64,000 nt of DNA from Octopus vulgaris (taxonomy: Eukaryota). Position numbers and translations under genes: made by a program. How positions within the stretch are numbered: the stretch's first letter is position 1; each line of letters begins with the position of its first letter. The DNA is taken from NCBI GenBank assembly GCA_951406725.2, contig OX597842.1, positions 6,572,001 to 6,636,000 of the forward strand. The letters run 5' to 3'. Under the pieces are notes generated by a model. It saw only the letters and a program-made list of their open reading frames with translations. It made no database searches and was not told the origin of the DNA. This document shows positions 40,145 to 51,922 of this stretch, piece by piece.

Positions 40145-40656
40145 CCGTAAATCCTCGAGTATAATCCGCATTTTCCCCCCAAATTTAAAGGTCAAAATCC
40201 CTAGTACGTACTATATACGAGGTTAAAAATGAAAATTATTTTCTAAGCAATGTCTGAGTCTCTATTTGCTGTCCGGCAATGTTTATTCAGATGCATTTTG
40301 TGATGTCGGGCACGAAAATACCTTAAGCTAAGCCTGAAAGCAATGAAGTCATAAAAGAATCATCCATAACTTGCAGTAAGCAACATTTATTAAACGTTAT
40401 TACTGTTATTTCTTTATTTTCTGCAAACAAAATGCACAAAAAGCTACACGTTTGCATTATGTTATATATACAATAATAATAAAGGACGTTACCGTATACA
40501 TTTTTACAAACCAAGGACGTTATATAGACCTCCTTGACTCAAGTTAGAGAAGGGGTGCGTATTGTGTATACAAGGTTTAGGTTTTTCAGAAGTACAGCCA
40601 CCTAAAAATCCCCTGCATATTATACTCAAGGGCGGACTATACTTGAGGATTTACGG
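40145..40656. mobile_element. Tc2/pogo-like MITE
   Basis: TA-CCGTAAATCCTCGAGTATAATCCGC ... GCGGACTATACTTGAGGATTTACGG-TA. Confidence 0.8.
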
Positions 40657-41388
40657 TAGTTAAAATTTCCCATAAGTAAATTTTTCTGTCAAGGGCTTAT
40701 ATGCCCCAATATTGGACCATTTTCTGTAGCTATGATGATCGCTTAGAAGCTTTAAGCTTAAAACTATTACTATTTACAGAATTTTCACTCATCACTGCTT
40801 CTCCATTTAACACACGAACCTGCTGTTTTTCCTCTTCTTAAACACTGCCCCCACTTGTGGTCAACCACTTCCATACTCCTATGAATATAAGAGGGAGTCC
40901 CTACATGGTTGTCTGCTTCTCAAGAAATAGCAACCAAATCTTCACAAAATCTTCAAGACTACAAAAAAATGGACGGGTTGGACATATCTAGAATGTCATT
41001 GAGCACAGGTGTCATTGAGCACAGGTGTGACACAAAACCAAACAATAACTAGTAATTATACATCAGATAACGAACGGAATTATTTAATTTAGATTATAAC
41101 AACAGTGTAAAGTTATACCATGAATTTCTATCTTACAAACTGAATTCACAGAATGCAACCTGGATACTCCATCTGACATAAACCCCCAACTTTTAACCTT
41201 ACAAACTAGAATGTGCCTTTATTTGACACACACATGATGGGCTCCTTTCTGTTTCCATCTAGCAAAGTGATTCCTAAGGATTTGGTTGGTCTGAGGCAAC
41301 TATAGAAGACACTCAAGGAGCCATGCAGTGAGACTGAACCTAGAACCATGTAGTTGGGAGGCAAACTTCTTACCACACAACTATATGT

Positions 41389-41452
<64 letters not shown>

Positions 41453-41848
41453 GGCGCAGGAGTGGCTGTGTGGTAAGTAGCTTGCTAACCAGCCACATGG
41501 TTCCGGGTTCAGTCCCACTGCATGGCATCTTGGGCAAGTGTCTTCTGCTATAGCCCTGGGCCGACCAATGCCTAGTGAGTGGATTTGGAAGACGGAAACT
41601 GAAAGAAGCCCGTCGTATATATGTATATATATATGTATGTGAGTGTGTGTGTTTGTCCCCCTAGCATTGCTTGACAATCGATGCTGGTGTGTTTATGTCC
41701 CCGTCACTTAGCGGTTCGGCAAAAGAGATTGGTAGAATAAGTACTGGGCTTACATAGAATAAGTCCTGGGGTCGAGTTGATCGATTACAGGCGGTGCTCC
41801 AGCATGGCCGCAGTCAAATGACTGAAACAAGTAAAAGAGTAAATGAGT
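41453..41848 (+). mobile_element. SINE family A, full length
   Basis: Family consensus match. Confidence 0.9.
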
Positions 41849-42229
41849 ATATATATATATAAATTTAAAATGAGGGTGAGAAATTAGATATTAATTTAAT
41901 TAACATCGATTTCACACCAGTGGTCTAGCATATAAAAAAACTGAAGGTTCAGTAAAATTGTATTATCATCTGGATGGTCGGACCGATGATCTACGGACAT
42001 TTATGTAAGTAAAATTATGTAAGATGTTAATAGTGAAACATGTATGAGAATAATCCATGTTTTTATTGCTTTTTCTTTTGTTTTGCTCGATTACGTTTTG
42101 GTTGTTTTGCTAAATTTTTCTTGAGAACATTTCTTAGTGGTAAGACCATAGTGGATCTATTTCTAGCATAAGGGTGTCCACATAGTGGTTTCCCTCTAAT
42201 ATGTATATATATATAATGTATGTATGTTA

Positions 42230-43220
42230 TGTTACATTCTTCCTTAGATCTCTTTTGAGTCTTACTTGCCTTATCCTGGCCTCTTCAAATGCTTTCACTC
42301 CACTCCACACCTTTGATCACTTTCCAACTTGATCCAAAGCAACGGTTTCTATATCGCCTGGAATCATTCCAAGTGACTTCATAGTAGTCCTTATGCCGTC
42401 CTTAAACCTTTTTTTTAGGTTTACACCCATAGCGTTTCCTCTCTGCAAGCTCACCATAAGACAGCTGTATCGGCATGCATTCATCTGCCATTCGAACAAT
42501 ATACCCACACCATCTCAATTGGTTCCTCAAAATCATAGCTTTAATTGAGGTGATGCCTGCAGGTGCAAGGACATCTGTGTTTGGAGTAAAAGGACTCCAT
42601 TTAATTTTTAAAATCAGATGAAGGCATTTTTGGTGGAATTGTTCTAACAATTTAAAATGCCTTTCATAACAAGTCCATGTTTCACAAGAATGCAACAGGG
42701 ATGGTAAGACAAGTTATTTGTGAAGAGCCAGCTTTGTATTCTTATTTATATGTCACTGGCACCAAATGCATGACTCCAAGCCACCGAATGCTTTTGCTGC
42801 CCTTTGAATTTGAAGCTGCATTTCTGTATCAAGATTGAGAAGGTGAATGACAATGACCTTTTTGTGTGCACAGCCTGTGACAGGACATGCCTGTCTTTTG
42901 CTGGCCTCAGATCTCATCTGCGAACACATGGAAAACAAACCTCCACCAACTATTCTGTCTATATGTCTGTGCACACCTTTGAATGCAGTGTATACCAGGT
43001 TTGCAAATCCAACGAAGGCCTCAAAAGACATTTTAAGTTCCACAAAGAGCAGAACTTATCTGCAGCTCTTGGTGGTCCAAATCAGAGGTGCAATCAATGT
43101 GGGTGTCTTTTCAGAATATTGTCTGGTTTAAAAAGCCACATCAGAGGCCATGATGGATCTAAGGTATAAGTACAAAAGGTGGTCAGACTCTGCATAAGGA
43201 GTGGACAACTACCATAAATG
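42230..43220. mobile_element. RTE-clade LINE with 5' inversion and C-terminal C2H2 fingers (copy 1)
   Basis: Minus ~42825-42235: SCETWT, QLRWCGYIVRM, YGEL..KPKK. Plus ~42825-43169: three CxxC..HxxxH fingers and an ATGT tail. Confidence 0.85.
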
Positions 43221-43627
43221 TATGTGTGTGCAATTTTTAGGAAAGTTCCAGCGGAATAATTGCAAGGTAGCTAAATGCTGCTTAAGTGTCCTAAGAAACA
43301 ATGATCACAGTTGTGTGTAGTTTGATTCCAGGATAAGAAAGGCATATTCAGGAGAAAATAGAGAACATTGAAAAAGTAGACAAATGCTCAGGATGTTATT
43401 AAAACATTTATATCTTCATATCTTCTACATATGTTTCGATGGATGCATTCAAAATATGTCCGACAGGAATAATTATGGTCAGGTATGCATCAATCTCACC
43501 AGGAAAGATATAAACGACAACACTCATCAAACAGACATTTTTACAGATATAGGAATCCCTAGAAAATATGACATATTTATATGTATGTGCACGTACATAT
43601 ACACACACACATATATGCAACATGCAT

Positions 43628-43713
<86 letters not shown>

Positions 43714-43805
43714 CAAAGGGTGAAATTAATTAATTAAGAAGTAATCAGTAATTTCACCAAGTAGAATTCGGCATGAAAAGGACCATTTCATGGTAAGCTT
43801 AAGTA

Positions 43806-44184
43806 ATACTTTATAATTAGGGTTCAGCAACAATTTGCTTCACCACATACCGAAGTTTAGAAATAGCAGTCAAAAAATCTTAGCTATTCCTTCTACTGTA
43901 AAGGGGGTTCCCAGAAAAACCAAAGCACTTGAAAACAAACCATGCAGGCAAAAGGGAAAAACGACGAAAATCATCCTATATTAGGTTACCCACGTACGTA
44001 AGTGGGTAACCTAATATCGATTGATTTTCGTTATTTTTCCCTTTTGCCTGCGTGGTTTGTTTTCAAGTGCTTTGGTTTTTCTGGGAACCCCTTTACAGTA
44101 GAAGGAATAGCTAAGATTTTTTGACTGCTATTTCTAAACTTCGGTATGTGGTGAAGCAAATTGTTGCTGAACCCTAATTATAAA

Positions 44185-44188
<4 letters not shown>
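43806..44188. repeat. ~380-bp near-perfect palindrome
   Basis: Arms of about 190 bp centred on CCCAC-GTACGTAA-GTGGG (43989-44006). Confidence 0.92.
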
Positions 44189-44219
<31 letters not shown>

Positions 44220-45347
44220 CATACATACACACACACACATATATATACATACACAAATATATATACATACACTTGCAACATATATACATATATATACTTA
44301 TTCTATCGGCCTCTTTTGCCGAACTGCTAAGTTACGGGGACGTAAACACACCAGCATCAGTTGTCAAGCGATGTTGGGAGGACAAACACTGACACACAAA
44401 CACATACACGCACATACATACATATATGTATATATAAATGACAGGCTTCTTTCAGTTTCCATCTACCAAAATAGTAGAAGACACTAGCTAAAAATGCCAT
44501 GCAGTGGGACTGAACCTGGAACCATGTAGTTGGTAAGCAAGCTACTTACTACACGGCCATTCCTGTGCGTTACAGCCATTTCTTCCTGAAATTCTCTCAT
44601 CCCTCTTTCTATAAATGATTTGATAAAGGTATATATAGGCAGAAGGTGGGATCCAGTGATGATTCAGGTTTGTTGTATGAGAATGTATTACATAGAATGT
44701 GATTAGATCTGAGATCCTTATCCTGCACAATACTCAACCAATCAAAATACAGGACTCAACCAAATGTTCCAAACTCACATGATAGGTCAAACGACCAATC
44801 AAACATGTGGAGCCTATAAAAGGCTAAATGACTCTAATATGCCATAAAAGAACACTAGAAAATTGCTGTTTAGTATTCCTTTTTGGTCTTTACTTTCTGA
44901 GTTCAAATCCTGTCATGACCAACTCCACCTTCAATCCCGCCGGGGTCAATAAAATAAAGTACCAGTCAAATACTGTGGTGAAGGGTTTCAATTAGTTCTC
45001 TCCTCTTAAAATTGTTAGCTTTCTGCTGAAATCAGAAGCCATTATTCTGCTGGTAAATATATTTTCAAGAATCATTGTTGTTTAATCTAGGTCCACACTG
45101 ATATAACGGGCCTATATTATTCGGTGTCCTTCCTCTTTCAATTTAAGAGAGGTTTGGCTGCTACATCTGACATATCTAGCTCCAATGTAAATATCACAGA
45201 AACTCATTCCTCATTAATTTTAATGGTTGTTTTATTGTTCTTTTAATGGATATTTAATGGTGTTTTTTAAAGTGTGATTATTTTATGTTTTTCAAAAATT
45301 ATTTTTTTGCTAAATTATTTTGCTAACTATTAATTTTTTTTTTTCAG

Positions 45348-46907
45348 GTAACAACTTTGTTCTACCATAATTATCGTGATGCGAAGGGCAGTTTTAACCA
45401 TGAGCTTGGGTCAAAGGAGAGCTATGCCTTCACCTTACATCCATTAAAAAACAGTAGTTCTGTATTTCGGTTATCCATACATTTCAAACAAGATGAAATC
45501 AAATGGTTAAAAGAAAAGGCGGACATGCTGAGAAATGATTTGGAAATGGCAAAAAGGAGTATAATTGCTAAACAGTTGAAGCATTATTCGATGCCTACCT
45601 TAAAGTTCCTTCACGAAATTGAACTTTTGAATCAGAAACCTCAATGGGGAACACACCTCAGATTTTGGTATGGTGCCAACGATGATTCAGCTAACTGGGA
45701 GTATATAGAGAAGAATTCGATTTACTCTAAAGAGAACACGTATGGGTCTGCTAAGCAAAATCTGAATGTGAAAAAGAAGAACCAAATCCTACAGACTGCT
45801 GTTAGAACTCTCTTCAATCGCTATTTGGAAGGGACTGATGATATCAAGTTAAAGAATATTCTGCGAGCTTACCGTTATATGTCACCTGTGCAAGGGGTAC
45901 AACATCTGCTACATGTTTACTTATTGCAACCAAAGTCTAAAAGTAGCCATTACAATGCCACATTTATCACTTCACAGCATCTGTTGCCATTGATGTTTAC
46001 TGAAGAAGAGGAGATGTTTCAGGAAGGTTTCCAAATCAGTTCCAGACACAATAATGTGAATGGTAGCAATGAGCTAAAACAGATCAATTTGATCATACCA
46101 ATTAGTAAAAAAGTGAAAGAATTTGCACGATTTACTAAGACACTGGAGAAGATCTTTAAAGAAGCACTTGAGAATCTCAACATGATTCTTGTCGTGTACA
46201 AAGACCCAAACAGGTCCTACCTCAAAAACATAGACAAGATGAAACGCTTGGAGTCTCAGTATGCTTCCATGAAACTAGAAGTGACATTTTTGTCTGGAAA
46301 ATTTTCTCGTGCAGTGGCGCTGCAGCATGGCGTGAAGAACTGCAGGAATGACTCCCTGCTTCTTTTCCTTGATGTTGATATGGTCATAACAGAAGCGTTT
46401 CTACATCGAGTACGAATTAACACAATATATGGCCAGCAAGTGTATTTTCCTGTCGTCTTCAAAGGATTTAATCCTGAAACAATTTGTTACAAACCAAATT
46501 GCAAGAAAAATTCCTTCCTATTTGACCAGAACAATGGCTTTTGGCTATTCTTTGGTTTTGGTGTGGTTTCCATATACAAGAAAGACTTTCTGGACGTAGG
46601 TGGCTTTGACACAAAAATCATAACATGGGGAGGTGAAGATTTAGGTTTCTATGAGAGGTGCCTAATATCCAAACTGACAGTATTCCGAGCCCCTGATTTG
46701 GCAGTGGAACATGTTCACCACCAGAGACAATGCCTAGACAATTTAGATGCAAAACACTACCAGATGTGTATAGGTTCTAAAAATGCAGCATATGGATCCC
46801 TGTACAATGAAGCTGCAGCTATCTACAGATTCTCAGAAATACTAAATCAAGAGGCAAATGATAATAACAAGACATTATTTGATGTCCACAAAGTGGTTTC
46901 CCACTAA
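45348..46907 (+). CDS. CHSY1: Chondroitin sulfate synthase, exon 4 (GT7 GalNAc-transferase domain), intact copy
   Basis: T-rich CAG acceptor in phase 0; TLHPLK, FSRAVAL, FLDVD, QVYFP, GFW..FGFG, GGFD..I.WGGED; the spliced CDS of 2331 nt encodes 776 aa. Confidence 0.93.
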   Translation, partial: VTTLFYHNYRDAKGSFNHELGSKESYAFTLHPLKNSSSVFRLSIHFKQDEIKWLKEKADMLRNDLEMAKRSIIAKQLKHYSMPTLKFLHEIELLNQKPQWGTHLRFWYGANDDSANWEYIEKNSIYSKENTYGSAKQNLNVKKKNQILQTAVRTLFNRYLEGTDDIKLKNILRAYRYMSPVQGVQHLLHVYLLQPKSKSSHYNATFITSQHLLPLMFTEEEEMFQEGFQISSRHNNVNGSNELKQINLIIPISKKVKEFARFTKTLEKIFKEALENLNMILVVYKDPNRSYLKNIDKMKRLESQYASMKLEVTFLSGKFSRAVALQHGVKNCRNDSLLLFLDVDMVITEAFLHRVRINTIYGQQVYFPVVFKGFNPETICYKPNCKKNSFLFDQNNGFWLFFGFGVVSIYKKDFLDVGGFDTKIITWGGEDLGFYERCLISKLTVFRAPDLAVEHVHHQRQCLDNLDAKHYQMCIGSKNAAYGSLYNEAAAIYRFSEILNQEANDNNKTLFDVHKVVSH

Positions 46908-46945
46908 TATGTATATATATATATATATATAATGTATGTATGTTA

Positions 46946-47936
46946 TGTTACATTCTTCCTTAGATCTCTTTTGAGTCTTACTTGCCTTATCCTGGCCTCT
47001 TCAAATGCTTTCACTCCACTCCACACCTTTGATCACTTTCCAACTTGATCCAAAGCAACGGTTTCTATATCGCCTGGAATCATTCCAAGTGACTTCATAG
47101 TAGTCCTTATGCCGTCCTTAAACCTTTTTTTTAGGTTTACACCCATAGAATTTCCTCTCTGCAAGCTCACCATAAGACAGCTGTATCGGCATGCATTCAT
47201 CTGCCATTCGAACAATATACCCACACCATCTCAATTGGTTCCTCAAAATCATAGCTTTAATTGAGGTGATGCCTGCAAATGCAAGGACATCTGTGTTTGG
47301 AGTAAAAGGACTCCATTTAATTTTTAAAATCAGATGAAGGCATTTTTGGTGGAATTGTTCTAACAATTTAAAATGCCTTTCATAACAAGTCCATGTTTCA
47401 CAGGAACACAACAGGGATGGTAAGACAAGTTATTTGTGAAGAGCCAGCTTTGTATTCTTATTTATATGTCACTGGCACCAAATGCATGACTCCAAGCCAC
47501 CGAATGCTTGTGCTGCCCTTTGAATTTGAAGCTGCATTTCTGTATCAAGATTGAGAAGGTGAATGACAATGACCTTTTTGTGTGCACAGCCTGTGACAGG
47601 ACATGCCTGTCTTTTGCTGGCCTCAGATCTCATCTGCGAACACATGGAAAACAAACCTCCACCAACTATTCTGTCTATATGTCTGTGCACACCTTTGAAT
47701 GCAGTGTATACCAGGTTTGCAAATCCAACGAAGGCCTCAAAAGACATTTTAAGTTCCACAAAGAGCAGAACTTATCTGCAGCTCTTGGTGGTCCAAATCA
47801 GAGGTGCAATCAATGTGGGTGTCTTTTCAGAATATTGTCTGGTTTAAAAAGCCACATCAGAGGCCATGATGGATCTAAGGTGTAAGTACAAAAGGTGGTC
47901 AGACTCTGCATAAGGAGTGGACAACTACCATAAATG
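46946..47936. mobile_element. RTE-clade LINE with 5' inversion and C2H2 fingers (copy 2)
   Basis: Duplicate of 42230-43220. Confidence 0.85.
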
Positions 47937-48387
47937 TATGTGTGTGCAATTTTTAGGAAAGTTCCAGCGGAATAATTGCAAGGTAGCTAAATGCTGCTTA
48001 AGTGTCCTAAGAAACAATGATCACAGTTGTGTGTAGTTTGATTCCAGGATAAGAAAGGCATATTCAGGAGAAAATAGAGAACATTGAAAAAGTAGACAAA
48101 TGCTCAGGATGTTATTAAAACATTTATATCTTCATATCTTCTACATATGTTTCGATGGATGCATTCAAAATATGTCCGACAGGAATAATTATGGTCAGGT
48201 ATGCATCAATCTCACCAGGAAAGATATAAACAACAACACTCATCAAACAGACATTTTTACAGATATAGAAAGCCCTAGAAAATATGACATATTTATATGT
48301 ATATGCACATACACATACACACACACATATATGCAACATGCATACATACACATACACACACACACACACACATATATATTCTCTTGT

Positions 48388-48782
48388 ACTCTCTTTTACT
48401 CTTTTACTTGTTTCAGTCATTTGACTGCGGCCATGCTGGAGCACCGCCTTTAGTCGAGCAAATCGACCCTGGGACTTATTCTTTGTAAGCCCAGTATTTA
48501 TTCTATCGGTCTCTTTTTTGCCGAACCGCTAAGTGATGGGGATGTAAACACATCAGCATCGGTTGTCAAGCAATGCTAGGGGGACAAACACACACACACA
48601 CATTTATATATATATATATATATATACATATATACGACAGGCTTCTTTCAGTTTCCATCTACCAAATCCACTCACAAGGCATTGGTCGGCCCGGAGCTAT
48701 AGCAGAAGACACTTGTCCAAGATGCCACGCAGTGGGACTGAACCCGGAACCATGTGGTTGGTTAGCAAGCTACTTACCACAC
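48388..48782 (-). mobile_element. SINE family A present only in duplication unit 2
   Basis: Occupies the site of a plain (TA)n tract in unit 1 (43677-43712). Confidence 0.88.
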
Positions 48783-49139
48783 AAAGTGAAATTAATTAAT
48801 TAAGAAGTAATCAGTAATTTCACCAAGTAGAATTCGGCATGAAAAGGACCATTTCATGGTAAGCTTAAGTAATACTTTATAATTAGGGTTCAGCAACGAT
48901 TTGCTTCACCACATACTGAAGTTTAGAAATAGCAGTCAAAAAAATCTTAGCTATTCCTTCTAACCTAATATAGAATGATTTTCGTCGTTTTTCCCTTTTG
49001 CCTGCGTGGTTTGTTTTGAAGTGCTTTGGTTTTTCTGGGAACCTCCTTTAAAGTTGAAGGAATAGCTAAGATTTTTTGACTGCCATTTCTAAACTTCGGT
49101 ATGTGGTGAAGCAAATTGTTGCTGAACCCTAATTATAAA

Positions 49140-49180
<41 letters not shown>

Positions 49181-51922
49181 CATACACACACACATATATA
49201 TCTACATACACAAATATATATACATACGCATGCAACATATATACATATATATCCATATTTATATTTTACATACATGAACATGTATGTATGCAAACATATA
49301 CACCCTCACACATACATACATACATACATACATACATACATACACAGATACACATTTACTGAAGCACATGAACACATTTGTATAGAGACATAGCATACAT
49401 ACAAACAGCAACAAAACCAGATATACACACATATACATATATGGAAAGCTAACTATTGAGGGAATGCTAAAAATTAAAAAATGTCCTTAAGGAAATTTAC
49501 TTCATTGGGTGAGAGAAGAAGAAAAGGCGTAGGAATGGCTGTGTGGTAAGTAGTTTGATTACCAACCACATTGTTCCGGGTTCAGTCCCACTGCATGGTT
49601 CCTTGGACTAGTGTCTTCTACTATAGCCTCTGGCTGACCAAAGCTTTGTGAGTGGATTTGGTTAGACAGAAACTAAAAAACCCCATTGTATATTTGTATA
49701 TCTATATATATATATAATAATAATATTAAGGAATGGCCTATTAAGGCCATTCCTTAATATTATTGTTGAATGTACATTATATAGTCTGTTGACTATTTTT
49801 TCTTTCTCGAAAAAATTTCTCTTGAATTTTTTGCTACCCTGATATTGATATATATATATATCATCATCATCATCATATATATATATATATATATAGATGT
49901 AGGTATGTATATATATGTATGTATATATGCATATGTTTATATATTATTTGGTTATATATATATATATATATATATATATTTACTTGCTGAGGTACAAACA
50001 AGGACAGACAAAGGGATTAAGTCGATTACATCGACCCCAGTGCGTAACTGGTACTTAATTTATCGACCCGAAAGGATGAATTTGAACCCTAACGGCAGAC
50101 GAAAAAATTAATGTTAATAAGATGTCTGTTGATAGCCATGAAACATTTTTCAGCAAATTTCGACATTTTTCAAAACTTTAAAATCTACAATAATGGGTAG
50201 GACCAATTTGACGAAAACTGAGCGGTCTGTTAGCAAACCCATGTCATCGTCATTTTTGTGCATGTGCGTAAAATGATGAAATTTTATGCTTTGGGGCAGA
50301 TTTTGACAAATTGATATCATGATGGCTAGTATGCAAAATACCTAAATTTTGCTTGAGAAATAAAATGCTCTTACCTAATCGAAACCTGAAATGCTGAGGA
50401 ATTAAAACAACAAATTGAAATAAGTTTTAGCAAATCAAAACAATTCGCATTGAAATGAAGAATTAGCAAATGCTAAATAGATTACCGTTAATAAGCTGTC
50501 TGTTTATAACCATGAAACATTTTTCATCAAATGGATGTCATAATGGCTAGTGTGGAAAATGTTGAAATTTTCCGGTTTTTGAAAAATCGATGCTGATTAA
50601 AAATCGATTTTTTAAAAATTCCAAGTGCGTAAGTGACCGCATGGACACTAGCCCCACACACGTGTCAAGTTTCATCAAGGTCTGTTGGATAGTCTTGAAG
50701 GAGTTAAAGTAACAAATTCACAAACACAAACTTTCCATTTATTGTTATTATATATATATATTTTTTCTTTTATTCTTTTACTTGTTTCAGTCATTAGACT
50801 GCGGCCATGCTGGTGCACCACCTTTTAGTCGAGCAAATCAACCCCAGGACTTATTCTTTGTAGGCTTAGTACTTATTCTATCAGTCTCTTTTGCCGAACT
50901 GCTAAGTTACGGGGACGTAAACACACCAGCATCAGTTGTCAAGCGATGTTGAGAGGACAAACACTGACACACAAACACATACACACACATACATACATAT
51001 ATATATATATAAATGACAGGATTCTTTCAGTTTCCATCTACCAAAATAGTAGAAGACACTAGCTAAAAATGCCATGCAGTGGGACTGAACCTGGAACCAT
51101 GTAGTTGGTAAGCAAGCTACTTACTACACGGCCATTCCTGTGCGTTACAGCCATTTCTTCCTGAAATTCTCTCATCCCTCTTTCTATAAATGATTTGATA
51201 AAGGTATATATAGGCAGAAGGTGGGATCCAGTGATGATTCAGGTTTGTTGTATGAGAATGTATTACATAGAATGTGATTAGATCTGAGATCCTTATCCTG
51301 CACAATACTCAACCAATCAAAATACAGGACTCAACCAAATGTTCCAAACTCACATGATAGGTCAAACGACCAATCAAACATGTGGAGCCTATAAAAGGCT
51401 AAATGACTCTAATATGCCATAAAAGAACACTAGAAAATTGCTGTTTAGTATTCCTTTTTGGTCTTTACTTTCTGAGTTCAAATCCTGTCATGACCAACTC
51501 CACCTTCAATCCCGCCGGGGTCAATAAAATAAAGTACCAGTCAAATACTGTGGTGAAGGGTTTCAATTAGTTCTCTCCTCTTAAAATTGTTAGCTTTCTG
51601 CTGAAATCAGAAGCCATTATTCTGCTGGTAAATATATTTTCAAGAACCATTGTTGTTTAATCTAGGTCCACACTGATATAACGGGCCTATATTATTCGGT
51701 GTCCTTCCTCTTTCAATTTAAGAGAGGTTTGGCTGCTACATCTGACATATCTAGCTCCAATGTAAATATCACAGAAACTCATTCCTCATTAATTTTAATG
51801 GTTGTTTTATTGTTCTTTTAATGGATATTTAATGGTGTTTTTTAAAGTGTGATTATTTTATGTTTTTCAAAAATTATTTTTTTGCTAAATTATTTTGCTA
51901 ACTATTAATTTTTTTTTTTCAG

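Larger units (their letters stand above)
42173..46885 (+). repeat. Tandem segmental duplication, unit 1
   Basis: About 99% identical to 46881-53460 apart from indels; GGTGT microhomology at 42173 and 53456, GATGT at the junction 46881. Confidence 0.92.

Noticed and set aside
42804-43169. Stand-alone host zinc-finger gene
   Set aside because: Contiguous with an inverted RTE RT fragment and its tail, lacks TGEKP linkers and has no clear start or acceptor
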